This document shows positions 18,155 to 28,108 of a stretch of 64,000 bases of DNA, piece by piece. A program made the position numbers and the translations under genes. The notes below the pieces were generated by a model. That model was not told the DNA's origin and did not search any database. It saw nothing but the letters and a program-made list of their open reading frames with translations. This stretch comes from a bacterium. GTDB taxonomy: Bacteria > UBA8248. Each line of letters begins with the position of its first letter. Within the stretch, counting starts at the first letter, position 1. The stretch covers positions 192,001-256,000 of the forward strand of contig OZ241996.1 in assembly GCA_965204535.1 (NCBI GenBank), in the 5' to 3' direction.

Positions 18155-19042
18155 ATGAAGACAACCGAGGAAGCTACCAAGGGCCTTTTTGTACTGGCTG
18201 GACGGGTGCCATTGAATATTGCGCCTGAGAAAGCCGAAGAACTAGTAAAGGAGGTGTTCGGCAACGATGAATGGGAACTGCGACCAAGCCGGACTAAAGC
18301 CAATTTCTACGCTGTAGTCGAAGAGCGGGCAGTATATCTGTCGTTCGCTGGGTTAGCGAGTCTGTGGTGTCTAACATTCACTGCATATTGTGTAATGGAT
18401 ATTGCCTCTCGAAGTACACGTGACAATGACTTTCAGGGGTCTCAAATCGATATCAGCAATCAGTGGAACGAACTGAAGCTTGATGCTTACCTGAACTATG
18501 CCCGCCGCCTTTTCCGCGCTGATGAGCAGTGGCCGGAAGGACTCAGAGCGCCAGTAAGTGATGCAGAATTTGACTCTGTTGATGGGCGAATCAACAATCT
18601 TTTTTATGGCTCTCTAAGTTGGATTCTGCTTCACGAAATTGCTCATATTTATCACGGAGATTTGCGGTTACTGCCGGCTTCGATGAAAGTTGTGCAAGAG
18701 TTTCGAGCGGATGAATTCGCTACGAATTGGATTTTAGATAATGCTGGTTCTGGCCGTCAGCGAGAGTTTCGAGCACTTGCGATCACAGTTGCCCATGCTT
18801 GGCTCTTGTTGCATGAGGCAACGATAGGCCGAGGCTATGACCATCCGTTGGCGTTACAACGATTTTTAGGAGCTGTAAATCAGTTGGAATTGAAAAATCG
18901 AAGCACCGCGCTGGAAAATGCCGCCTATATGCTAAAGGCGATCTTCGATCCCGAATCAGTGATGCCGACGGCGTTGTTGGCGCATGAAGCATTCGAGTGG
19001 GTGAGTAAACGGATTGCCGAGCAGTTCAGAGAGACACATTAG
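18155..19042 (+). CDS. lit: Lit-family (peptidase U49) phage-exclusion protease
   Basis: WILLHEIAHI HExxH motif, then EFRADEFAT and DHP. Confidence 0.8.
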   Translation: MKTTEEATKGLFVLAGRVPLNIAPEKAEELVKEVFGNDEWELRPSRTKANFYAVVEERAVYLSFAGLASLWCLTFTAYCVMDIASRSTRDNDFQGSQIDISNQWNELKLDAYLNYARRLFRADEQWPEGLRAPVSDAEFDSVDGRINNLFYGSLSWILLHEIAHIYHGDLRLLPASMKVVQEFRADEFATNWILDNAGSGRQREFRALAITVAHAWLLLHEATIGRGYDHPLALQRFLGAVNQLELKNRSTALENAAYMLKAIFDPESVMPTALLAHEAFEWVSKRIAEQFRETH

Positions 19043-19194
19043 AAGAGTCCAATCTCTTCTATATGTACCGCTCGGTAGCCAACCGACGGGAGATTCAGTT
19101 TACTTTATTCATGAATAGTACCGCAATCAATCGTGCATTCCGAGAGTCTCGTGGCATTGAAGTCTACCTTTGGACGCATCATGTTCTGCGCGTT

Positions 19195-19422
19195 AAACTT
19201 GGCACCGCAGCAGCGACTCCAGAAAGCCCAATACCTTCCCCCGCGTCAGCTTCTTGCGGAACGCGACAGACCCGTCCGGGCGCGCCCCGTCGATTTGAAA
19301 ACCCGTTTCGCCAGAGCGATCCCGAAGATGTGTAACTGTTCATGAATTCCCTTCCTGCAGGGCGGTAAACTATGTCGCCTTACCACAGTGTGATATTGCG
19401 AGGAGGGCACGTCCACCCCATC
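19195..19422 (-). pseudogene. 5' remnant of an IS110/IS1111-family element
   Basis: Frameshifted N-terminus resembling IFGIALAKRVF...ARPDGSVAFRKKLTRG after ATG 19343; left-end-like GATGGGGTGGACG. Confidence 0.65.
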
Positions 19423-19427
19423 GGATA

Positions 19428-19620
19428 CGGACAGGAACCCTCCGAGATGCGCAGGAGTTTGAATTCATCCGCTTCCGATTTGATTACTTCTTACAGAGAG
19501 CTAATTCCGATCAAGATCAAGAACCACACATATTTCTCAATAATATCAACGGAATAGCGGAATTCCCTACCTGCCGAAAATCCCCCACCCTCTCTAACCA
19601 CGCGGGAGAGCGGGATTCGC
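19428..19620 (+). repeat. Dispersed repeat Y, copy 2 (includes 45-bp unit Z at 19576-19620)
   Basis: CTCCGAGATGCGCAGGAGTTTGAATTCATCCGCTTCCGATTTGATTAC. Confidence 0.75.
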
Positions 19621-19764
19621 CGAAGGTCTCGCGCCGTGATTTCGCTTGGACGGTACGCTTGATTCGGGGACCGGGCCGGTCTATGATGGAGGCCACGTTC
19701 ACGAGCAGTCTGTGGACCGGAACCGTGCAGGGGATACCAGACCACCCGCCCGCAAGGCGAACGA

Positions 19765-20682
19765 ATGACCGGAGAGCTTCCCTTCGACACTTCCGATCTG
19801 GAATCGTCGGCGATTTCCCCCTTCAGGGAGCTGGGCGCCTACGAGGCGCTCTGGAACGAGGAGGGGATGTCTTTCCGGAAACTCGCGGAAAGGCGCCGCC
19901 GGCGGCCCGGTTCCATGCTGTCCGATTTCGTGTCGAGGTCGGACGCCCGCGACTTCGCCCACCGCGTTCGCGACATGCTGTCCGAGGCCGGAATCGAGGG
20001 GTTCGGCATACGCGTGCACGGCGCGGGAGAATACCCCCTCAAGCTCAGGGATGCCGCGAACCCCGTGGAGTTGCTCTATTACCGGGGCTGGTGGGACCTG
20101 GTTCATACGCGCTGCGTGGCGGTGGTCGGCGCGAGGAAAGCCTCACCGGAAGGGATCGCGCGCACGCGCCGTCTGGTCGGGAAGCTCGTCGCCGACGATT
20201 TCACGGTTGTTTCGGGACTGGCCGGAGGGGTCGATGCGGCCGCGCACGCCGCGGCGATCGACTCGGGCGGCAGGACGATAGGGGTGATGGGAACGCCGAT
20301 ATCCCGGGCCTACCCGCAAGCGAATGCGGAACTCCAGGAGCGGATCGCCGCCGGGCATCTGCTGATCAGCCAGGTTCCCGTCTGGCGTCATTCCCGGCAG
20401 GGCCCGAAGAGAAACAGGCTTTTCTTCCCGGAGCGCAACATCACGATGTCGGCCCTCACCGAGGCGACCGTCATCGTCGAGGCCGGCGAGACGTCGGGGA
20501 CGCTGATCCAGGCGCGCGCCGCGCTGCAACAGGGGCGGAAGCTGTTCATTCTCGACAACTGCTTCCAGAATCCGAAACTCGCGTGGCCCGCGAAATTCGC
20601 CGGGAAAGGCGCCGTCCGGGTCCGGGAATACAGCGACATCGGGCGGCATCTTGACGACGCTCAGACTCTCCAGGATCGATGA
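19765..20682 (+). CDS. DprA/Smf (SLOG) protein, defence-associated type
   Basis: VAVVGARKAS, VVSGLAGGVDAAAH, FPERNITMS and EAGETSGTLIQA motifs. Confidence 0.9.
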   Translation: MTGELPFDTSDLESSAISPFRELGAYEALWNEEGMSFRKLAERRRRRPGSMLSDFVSRSDARDFAHRVRDMLSEAGIEGFGIRVHGAGEYPLKLRDAANPVELLYYRGWWDLVHTRCVAVVGARKASPEGIARTRRLVGKLVADDFTVVSGLAGGVDAAAHAAAIDSGGRTIGVMGTPISRAYPQANAELQERIAAGHLLISQVPVWRHSRQGPKRNRLFFPERNITMSALTEATVIVEAGETSGTLIQARAALQQGRKLFILDNCFQNPKLAWPAKFAGKGAVRVREYSDIGRHLDDAQTLQDR

Positions 20683-21274
20683 CCTGACGCGCGGGGACCA
20701 CTCGCGCCTCGAGCGTGAAGACCGGTGTTATTTCCTCGGGGAGTACACGCCGCGGGAGGGGTTTTCCTTCAGCGATACGAACGGCCTCGTATCGGATTTC
20801 AAGAAGCCGGTGACGAAAAAAGGGAAACCCGAATGGAAATGGAAAGAGCGCGCGATCCGCGAGGTGGCGGCGCTGTTTCGGAAATCGATTCCCCTGAACC
20901 CTCTCCGGAACATGACCCTGGTTCCCATCCCGCCGTCAAGGGCGAGAGACGATCCGGAACACGACGACCGGATGCTGCGCGCGCTCCGTCAACTCGGAAG
21001 AGGAGAGGAGTTCGACGTTCGTGAGTTGATCCTGCAGCACGAAAGCACGGAGGCGGCCCACACGAGCGCGCGCCGGCCCGGCGTGGGGGATCTCGTCGGC
21101 AACTACCGCATCGACGAGAGCCTGGCGGAACCGCCTCCCCGAGACGTCGCGCTGTTCGATGACGTGCTTACCAGCGGCGCCCATTTCAAGGCGGCGCAAA
21201 GCGTTCTCCGTGACCGGTACCCGGATGTTTTCGTCGTCGGGATTTTCATCGCCCGGCGCGTGATAAACAGATGA
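20651..21274 (+). CDS. Phosphoribosyltransferase-fold protein (DprA-PRTase/ShosT-like partner)
   Basis: LVPIPPS and PRPP loop LFDDVLTSGAHF; overlaps the dprA-like gene. Confidence 0.85.
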   Translation: MTTLRLSRIDDLTRGDHSRLEREDRCYFLGEYTPREGFSFSDTNGLVSDFKKPVTKKGKPEWKWKERAIREVAALFRKSIPLNPLRNMTLVPIPPSRARDDPEHDDRMLRALRQLGRGEEFDVRELILQHESTEAAHTSARRPGVGDLVGNYRIDESLAEPPPRDVALFDDVLTSGAHFKAAQSVLRDRYPDVFVVGIFIARRVINR

Positions 21275-21334
21275 TACGCCGCAGGACGACTCCGGGATGA
21301 ACGCGGCGTTGCGCGCAAGGATGCCGCGCCCGCT

Positions 21335-21379
21335 GAAAATCCCCCACCCTCTATAAACACGCGGAAGAGCCGGATGCGC
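21335..21379 (+). repeat. 45-bp unit Z, second copy
   Basis: 40/45 identical to 19576-19620, direct orientation. Confidence 0.8.
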
Positions 21380-21454
21380 GCCCCCTCCCGCCGGGAGGGG
21401 GGCCGCGATGAAGCGGGGCGGGAGGAACGGCCCGCGCTTCCCCCGGGTCCGCCC

Positions 21455-24400
21455 CTACCACCGCATCGAGCCCCTGAGCGCCACGCCGTGGACGGAAGCG
21501 CCCCCGTCCCTCTCGCGCAGGTCGCCCTCGAGGCTCATGGTGAGGGACTCGGCGAGCCGGAAGCGCCCGCCGGCGCGGTACGTCTCCCCGCTCCCGGTGA
21601 GGGTGAAGCCGGTGTAGGGCGTCAGGAGTCCGCCCCAGGCGTCGAGGCCCCAGCCCGCCTCGGCGTCGAAGCCCGCCACGGGGTCGAACGCTCCTCCCGC
21701 GAAGCTCCCCCCGGCCCGGGACCAGAGCCGCTCGGCGCCGCCCGCGGCCGCGCCCCAGGAAGAACCCGCCCGGAGCGTGAGGCCCCGTCCGTCCGAACCC
21801 GGCGCGTACCCCACCGAGGCGCTCACGCCCCATTCCTCATAACCGCCCTCGTTGTGGGAGATGAGGCCGCGCGCTCTCACCTCCGCCGTCAGGGCGCCCG
21901 AGGACCAGCGCAGGCCGCCGCCCGCCTCGACGCCCCCGCCCGTCTCCGCGTCGCCCGAATCGTTCCGGAACCCTATCTCCACCGAGGGCGTCAGCACCGC
22001 ATCGCCCATCTTGTACGAGCGCGAACCCTCGAGGGCGAGCCGCACCCGGCTCGTCCCCGCTTCGGTCTCCGCCAGGCCCGCCGCGGCGTCCGAGCGCGTG
22101 TCCGTCACGAGGACGTCCGCGCGGAGCGCGAGCTCGAACCCGCCCGGCGCCCGCGCGGGCAGGAGGACGCCGCGCGCCCCTCCCGCCGCCACCCCCATAT
22201 CGAGGTCGGCGTCCATCGACTCAGCCCCCCCGGGCGTGAGCGTCATCCCGCCCGAACCCAGGCCCACCACGCCCCAGAGCGAGAACGACCCGCTCACCCG
22301 GTAGCGCGCGTAGGGCCAGACGCCCGTGAGGGTGCTCTCCACCTCGCCCGCGCAGCCCGTATCGCACGCGCCGCCCATTTTGTACGAGCCGTCGCCCGAA
22401 CTCCGCGAGAGCGCCACGCCCACCAGCCAGCGCGACCGCTCGTAGTCGAAGCCCACGGTCGCCGTCGTCACGTCGCCCTCGAGCGAGAGACCGCCCCCGG
22501 CGCCCTCGAACGAGGAGCGCGCCCCGCGGCCCCACAGCGACCAGCGCGAGCCGGCGTCCATATTCTCCGCCGAGGCCATGTGAAACGAACTCGCGAGCAG
22601 GAGGTCGCTCATCGAGACCTCGCGCACCGAAGGCGCCGGCATCTCCTCGCCGCGCCCGAGACGGGCGTCCCTCTCCTTCAAGAGGGCCTCGGCGAGGCGC
22701 GACTCGATGGCCTCGCGCTCCGCCTTGCCGCCCGTGAGGCTGTGGCCGCCCAGCACGACGCCCGCGGCGGCGCCGCCCCCGATGCGCGCGCCCACCGCTT
22801 CCACCACGTTCTCCGCCGCCGTGCGCCCGAACCGCGACAGCCACATCGCCTGCAGCGGGTCGTCGTTCCTGATGACCCCCTTCGCCTCGCGGTGCATCTT
22901 GCGCAGATACGCCCCCTGCGGGTTCGAGAGCGTGAGACTGAACGTCTCCTTGCCCTCGTCATGCGAGTCGTCGAGCAGCGCCACCGAGACCGTCTTCGCC
23001 GTCTCGCCCGGCGCGAAGGTCAGCGTGCCGGACGCGGCCGTGTAGTCCGCCCCCGCCGCCGCCGTGCCGTCCTTCGTCGCGTAGTCCACCGAGACCTCGT
23101 GCGACGCCGCGCGGCTCAGCGTCACCGCGAAGTCGAGCGAGGCGTCCTTGCCCTCCTTCGCCCGCGCGTCCGCGACCCGGATGCGCGCCGGGCCCCGGAC
23201 CTTCGCCGACGCCTCGCCGAGCGCGATCTTCACGTCCTTCCAGGAACTCGGCGCGACGCGCACCCGCCACAGCACCGGGTCCAGCGGCTCCACGCCCGTG
23301 ACCGTCCCGGCCGTCACCGTGAACGCCTCCGGGGCCGGCTTCGAGCCCGACTGCACGTCCAGCGCGAACGCCGTCCGCCCGTCATGCTCCGCCGGGACCT
23401 TGCCGAACGCCACCGTCACGGTCTGGGCCTCTTCTTCCGGCGGGGTCTGTTCCTCGGGCACCTGCGCCTGCACCTGCGCCTCGGTCACCTCGATGCGGTA
23501 GTCCGTGGTCGTCAACCCCGGTTGGAGCACCGTCACCTCCAGCCTGGTCGGGCCGTCCGGCGACAGCGGCAGCGCCGCCGCCGTGCCGGAGCCATGGACC
23601 CGCTGCCGCGACAGAAGCGTCAGATGCGGCGCCGGCCGGCGCGAGCGCGCCCACACGGTCGGCGCGGCCGCCGCGCCCCACGACGGTTCCAGCGACACCT
23701 CACGGGTCCCCGCCGGGACCTCCGCCCGGTACGACGTCACCCCCGGCGAGAAGGCCGGAACCAGCGCCACCGCCTCCGAGCCCGCCGTGAGCGCAAGACC
23801 GCTCAGCGGACCGCCCGCCGCCGCCGTCTGCGGCGCCGCCGCCCCGGCCACCTCGATGCGGTACGTCGTGGTCGTCCCCTGCCGCGGCTTCCCCGAACCG
23901 TCCGGCTCGATCACCGTCACCTCCAGCCCGGTCGGGCCGGACGGCGACAGCGCCAGCGCCGCCGCCGTGCCGGAGGCATGGACCTGCGTCTGCGCCAGAA
24001 TCGTCGCCCCCCCGCTCGAAAGCAAGACCACGCTCGGCGAGCCGCCCAGCGCGGCCTCCGCGCCCCACGACGGCGCCAGCGACACGCCCGCCGTCCCCGC
24101 CGGGACCTCCGCCCGGTAGGACAGCACATTCGGCGAGAAGGCCGGGACCAGCGCCACCGCCTGCGAGCCGGCCGAGAGCGCAAGACCGCTCAGCGGACCG
24201 CCAGCCGCCGCGCGCGCCGCCGCCAGCCGCTGCTTCTCCGCCTCCGCGGCCGCCTCCGCCGCGAGCCGCGCCGCCTCCGTCTCCGCGTCCTCGTGGTTCG
24301 TAATCCGCAGGGTGAGCTCGGCAGCGCCCATGTAGGTCAGCAGGCTTGTCCGCCTGCTGCACGTCGGGCAGTTCTCTACTTGCCCGCCGGTGTACTGAAT

Positions 24401-25909
24401 ACCCGCATGGTCCGCCCTGACGCCGATGTCGATCGTCTCGCCGGAGTCCTCGTGCGGGTCGTCGACGACGTGAATCTCGAAGCTCGCGCTCCGGCTCCCC
24501 GAAGGGATGTGCAGCAGGTTCGCGGCCTGGACGGTCTCGGAAGACGTCCTTCCGAACCAGCCTTTGCCCTCGTTGCGCACCGGCCTCCTGTAATCGTCAT
24601 ATTCCGGGCCGGCCGGTACCGGCGTGCGGTAGTCCTCCCCCCAGGTCGCCGTGCCGCCGAGGTTGACGGTCACATTCACGCCGCCGTCAAGCGCCGGCTC
24701 GGGCAGCGTGACCGTCACCGTGACCGGCGCGGCGCCCTCGCGCGGCGCGCCGCTCGCGCTCAGGGCCGGACCGCTGGCGCTCAGGGCCGGCGAGGGGTCC
24801 GGCGCCGTCAGCCTCAACCCGACCTGCTGGCCGTCGCTCCATTGCGCGTTGACATTGTCCCATCGGAAAGTTCCTGCGGGGGCTGAACCAACGGTTAGCC
24901 GGGTTCCACCGAGATGCAACTCCAGCCCGGCAAGTCTCGACTGTGCTGCCGGGGTGGTTCTCAGAAATATCCTTTTAGTATTAGAGGCGTAATATAGTGC
25001 TTGGACTCGATAGGTCAGGCCCTCGTACACGAAGTCATCGTCCGTGAGCGCCACGGAGCAGTTTTCTTGCGTAGCGGTTCTATCGCAGCCAAGAAACACG
25101 CCGTCCTCATCGGCTGTCAGCGTCGAGCTCCAGACGGTGTTCCGCCCCGCGCCCGGGTCGACGTAGGGCACGCTGGGGGCGGGCATCTCCAGACTCACGC
25201 GAACCCGGCCCGACGCGGGCAGCGAGCCCAACCAAGAGTAGCCGTTTTCGCTTGGAGAGGCGTCTTCGACGCCATTCCGGTAGACGGAGAAACCGCCCAC
25301 AGCGCCGTCCGCCAGCGACCAGCGCGTGCTGCCGACAACCAGCGTCGCGCGCTGCGCGAAGGCAGCGGGGATGTTCCGATCCAACGCGATGTCGATCTGG
25401 TTTCGTCGAGTACCCGAGAAGAGATAGCTAGTAGACTGGAGAACCGCGACCCGGTAGGTCTGGCCGCCATAGCTGAAGCTGTCGTCCGTCAGCGCACCCC
25501 GGCAGCGATAGGTTGTTGAGACGAATCTCGGCTCCGTGCAACCGCGACCGACAATGTGACCGAAATGAGCCCGTGTGTAGTCGTAGTTCTGCACGTCCAG
25601 CATGGCGGACCAGAGGGTGACGGTATTCTGCGCCTGGGCCGGCGCGGCCGCGAACAGGCCGAGCGCGCCGAGCAGCAGCGCCAGCGCGGGGAGGAGGGCG
25701 AGGCGGCGCCACGGGGACGCTGACCGGCGCGCCGGGACCCTGCCGCCCCGGACTCGACGAAGCAGCCGCCGGATGGGGGAAGAGGGAGAGGAGCTTGCGT
25801 GCGCGCCCGCGAGGGCGGCGGCAGGCTCAGGCGGGAGGGAGCCCCTCGACAAACCCGGGACGGGCTCCGCCGGGGTTCGGGAAGCCGGCTTGCGGCGCCC
25901 GGGGCTCAT
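21455..25909 (-). CDS. Large secreted adhesin, autotransporter-like (two Cys-containing repeats, two cadherin-like beta-sandwich repeats, Calx-beta, C-terminal beta-barrel)
   Basis: Signal-like LALLPALALLLGALGLFAAAPAQAQ; repeated LSGLAL...PAFSP.V.SYRAEV; VSVDYATKDGTA...DY...SGTLTFAPGET; WLSRFGRT linker; terminal W. Confidence 0.85.
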   Translation of the reverse strand: MSPGRRKPASRTPAEPVPGLSRGSLPPEPAAALAGAHASSSPSSPIRRLLRRVRGGRVPARRSASPWRRLALLPALALLLGALGLFAAAPAQAQNTVTLWSAMLDVQNYDYTRAHFGHIVGRGCTEPRFVSTTYRCRGALTDDSFSYGGQTYRVAVLQSTSYLFSGTRRNQIDIALDRNIPAAFAQRATLVVGSTRWSLADGAVGGFSVYRNGVEDASPSENGYSWLGSLPASGRVRVSLEMPAPSVPYVDPGAGRNTVWSSTLTADEDGVFLGCDRTATQENCSVALTDDDFVYEGLTYRVQALYYASNTKRIFLRTTPAAQSRLAGLELHLGGTRLTVGSAPAGTFRWDNVNAQWSDGQQVGLRLTAPDPSPALSASGPALSASGAPREGAAPVTVTVTLPEPALDGGVNVTVNLGGTATWGEDYRTPVPAGPEYDDYRRPVRNEGKGWFGRTSSETVQAANLLHIPSGSRSASFEIHVVDDPHEDSGETIDIGVRADHAGIQYTGGQVENCPTCSRRTSLLTYMGAAELTLRITNHEDAETEAARLAAEAAAEAEKQRLAAARAAAGGPLSGLALSAGSQAVALVPAFSPNVLSYRAEVPAGTAGVSLAPSWGAEAALGGSPSVVLLSSGGATILAQTQVHASGTAAALALSPSGPTGLEVTVIEPDGSGKPRQGTTTTYRIEVAGAAAPQTAAAGGPLSGLALTAGSEAVALVPAFSPGVTSYRAEVPAGTREVSLEPSWGAAAAPTVWARSRRPAPHLTLLSRQRVHGSGTAAALPLSPDGPTRLEVTVLQPGLTTTDYRIEVTEAQVQAQVPEEQTPPEEEAQTVTVAFGKVPAEHDGRTAFALDVQSGSKPAPEAFTVTAGTVTGVEPLDPVLWRVRVAPSSWKDVKIALGEASAKVRGPARIRVADARAKEGKDASLDFAVTLSRAASHEVSVDYATKDGTAAAGADYTAASGTLTFAPGETAKTVSVALLDDSHDEGKETFSLTLSNPQGAYLRKMHREAKGVIRNDDPLQAMWLSRFGRTAAENVVEAVGARIGGGAAAGVVLGGHSLTGGKAEREAIESRLAEALLKERDARLGRGEEMPAPSVREVSMSDLLLASSFHMASAENMDAGSRWSLWGRGARSSFEGAGGGLSLEGDVTTATVGFDYERSRWLVGVALSRSSGDGSYKMGGACDTGCAGEVESTLTGVWPYARYRVSGSFSLWGVVGLGSGGMTLTPGGAESMDADLDMGVAAGGARGVLLPARAPGGFELALRADVLVTDTRSDAAAGLAETEAGTSRVRLALEGSRSYKMGDAVLTPSVEIGFRNDSGDAETGGGVEAGGGLRWSSGALTAEVRARGLISHNEGGYEEWGVSASVGYAPGSDGRGLTLRAGSSWGAAAGGAERLWSRAGGSFAGGAFDPVAGFDAEAGWGLDAWGGLLTPYTGFTLTGSGETYRAGGRFRLAESLTMSLEGDLRERDGGASVHGVALRGSMRW

Positions 25910-25920
25910 GCCGTTCTCTT

Positions 25921-26008
25921 CGGATGACGGATGACGGATGACGGATGACGGATGACGGATGACGGATGACGGATGACGGATGACGGATGACGGATGACGG
26001 ATGACGGA
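25921..26008. repeat. Heptamer tandem repeat (CGGATGA)12 plus CGGA
   Basis: Directly visible perfect tandem repeat 11 bp upstream of the adhesin start codon. Confidence 0.97.
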
Positions 26009-26036
26009 CTGTAGCCGATGCCGACTCCGCTTGCAA
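26008..26036 (-). promoter_or_regulatory. Putative sigma70 promoter of the adhesin gene
   Basis: Minus strand TTGCAA-N17-TACAGT immediately upstream of the repeat tract. Confidence 0.5.
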
Positions 26037-26265
26037 GTCCCGGTTGGCTTCCCTAGAGCGCTGTCTCATTTTCCTGCTCCTCCCTCTTTCCCGGTATTGT
26101 GATTTCTCGCGATGAGGACACCCGGCTCCCTTCAGTCGGAAGGAAAGCATCCCCCAGACACCATAACCACCCGATATATCTGCCTGCACGTGCATGGAAT
26201 TATACAAGTGTGATATGTATTTAATGTGAGGTTTTGGGCTTCAGTCGTGTTATTTTCATGAGAAA

Positions 26266-27597
26266 ATGCGGTTGGATGCGTCGCCGCTCCCGAATTCGGC
26301 AGAAATGCTCCAGTTCTTCCGCATCATCAACGAGCAGGCCGACCACATGCGGGACCTGATCAGCAACCTGCTGGACGCGGGGCGCATCGACGCGGGCACG
26401 TTGTCGGTCGCGCCCGAGTCCTCGGAGGTGGCGGCGCTGGTGGACCAGGCAAGAAACACGTTCCTGAGCAGCGGCGGCCGACACCCCCTCCTCATCGACC
26501 TTCCGCCGGATTTGCCCCGGGTGATGGCGGACCGCCAGCGCATGGTCCAGGTTCTGAACAACCTCTTGTCCAACGCGGCGAGGCATTCTACGGAATCCTC
26601 CCCGATTCGGATCGCCGCGGAACACAAGGAAGAGTACGTCGCGGTCTCGGTCTCCGACGAAGGCCGGGGCGTAGCGCCCGAACTGCTGCCCCGCCTGTTC
26701 GAGAAGCACGCCGGCGTCGCCAACGCAGACGAGGCAGGCGGGTTTGGCCGGAGCGGCTTGGGCCTTGCCATCTGCAAGGGTCTGGTCGAGGCCCACGGGG
26801 GCCGCATCCGGGCGGAGAGCGGCGGTCCGGGCCAGGGAACCTGCTTCACCTTCACCATCGCGACGGCAGGGGAGGCGGGCGAGGGCGCTGACGAGCGGCC
26901 GCCCCGGGAAGCGCGTGAGCCGACGCGCATTCTCGTGGTGGACGACGACCCGCAGACGCTGCGTTTCGTTCGCGACACGCTTACGGAGGCGGGTTACGCC
27001 CCGCTCGTCACGGGCGAGGCGCGGGAGCTCTCCCGGCTCATCCGGGCCGAGAATCCCCAGCTGGTCCTGCTGGATCTGGTGCTGCCGGGGGCCGACGGGA
27101 TCGAACTGATGGAAAGCGTCCCGGAACTCGCCGACCTGCCTGTGATCTTCATCTCGGGCTACGGACGGGACGAGACCATCGCCAAGGCCCTGAAGAGCGG
27201 AGCCGCCGACTATATCGTCAAGCCCTTCTCGGGGACCGAGCTGACGGCGAGGGTCGGGGCAGCCCTGCGCCACAGGGTCGAGCCCGAACCCTTCCTCATG
27301 GGGGAGCTGGCCATCCACTACGATCTGCGCCGGGTGACCATGGCTGGGCGCCGGTTGGAACTGACGGCGACCGAATACGAACTGTTGCGCCTGCTCTCAC
27401 TCCGCGCGGGGCGGGTATTGACCTGCGATTCGTTGCTGCGCCAGATATGGGGCATACACGACCCGGACGACCCAAAGCTGGTGCGCACGTTCGTGAAGCA
27501 GCTCCGCCGGAAGCTCGGCGATGACGCGGCCCGGCCCACCTGGATCCTGACCGAGCGCGGGGTCGGCTACCGCATGGCCGCACCCGAAAACCCCTGA
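26266..27597 (+). pseudogene. 5'-truncated hybrid kinase/regulator (HATPase_c-REC-OmpR wHTH fusion)
   Basis: Starts mid-HisKA without an H-box or sensor; has N/G boxes, ILVVDDD...LLD...KPF and TERGVGY. Confidence 0.75.
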
Positions 27598-27716
27598 GAG
27601 CCCTGCGCTTCGGGCCAGGGCGGGCAGCCCCGCTCTGTTCCGGATGTCCGAAGTCGCAGCCTTTGACGCACAGGATGTGAATCCGCTGCGGCAAGACGGA
27701 TCAGGAGGGTAGGGGC

Positions 27717-28079
27717 GTGGTGCAGTTTCTGGGCGAGCCGACGGTGGCGCGCGTCCGGGCCTGGCTTCTGGAGGCAGGCCTGACGAAGGGGCCGCTGTTC
27801 CGGCCGCTGTTCAAGTCGGGCCGGCTGCGGGAAGGGCGCCTGACGGAGAGGAGCATCCGCCGCATCATCATCCAGCGCGCCCGGGACGCGGGCGTGGAGG
27901 GGCGCATCAGCGGGCACAGCCTGCGCGTGGGCAGCGCATTGAGTCTGGCGAGCGCCGGGGCTTCCCTGGCCGGGATGCAGGTCGCAGGCCGCCAGCGATC
28001 GCCGGCCATGCCGGGGCGCTACGCCCAGGGACAACTCGCGAAACAGGGCCCGATGGCGAGGCTGCGCTACGGGCGGTGA
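27717..28079 (+). pseudogene. C-terminal fragment of a Cre-like tyrosine recombinase
   Basis: GPLFR, ISGHSLRVG and terminal MPGRY motifs; N-terminal part missing. Confidence 0.75.
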
Positions 28080-28108
28080 GGTCCGCCCGTCTTCTCCCGA
28101 ATATCTCC

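Noticed and set aside
19576-19620. Unit Z or repeat Y as integron attC sites
   Set aside because: No matching RYYYAAC...GTTRRRY pair and no integron integrase in the window
21374-24886. 1170-aa plus-strand ORF
   Set aside because: Antisense shadow of the GC-rich adhesin gene
25827-26207. ORF with SSVIRHP repeats
   Set aside because: Translation of the heptamer tract with no other coding signal
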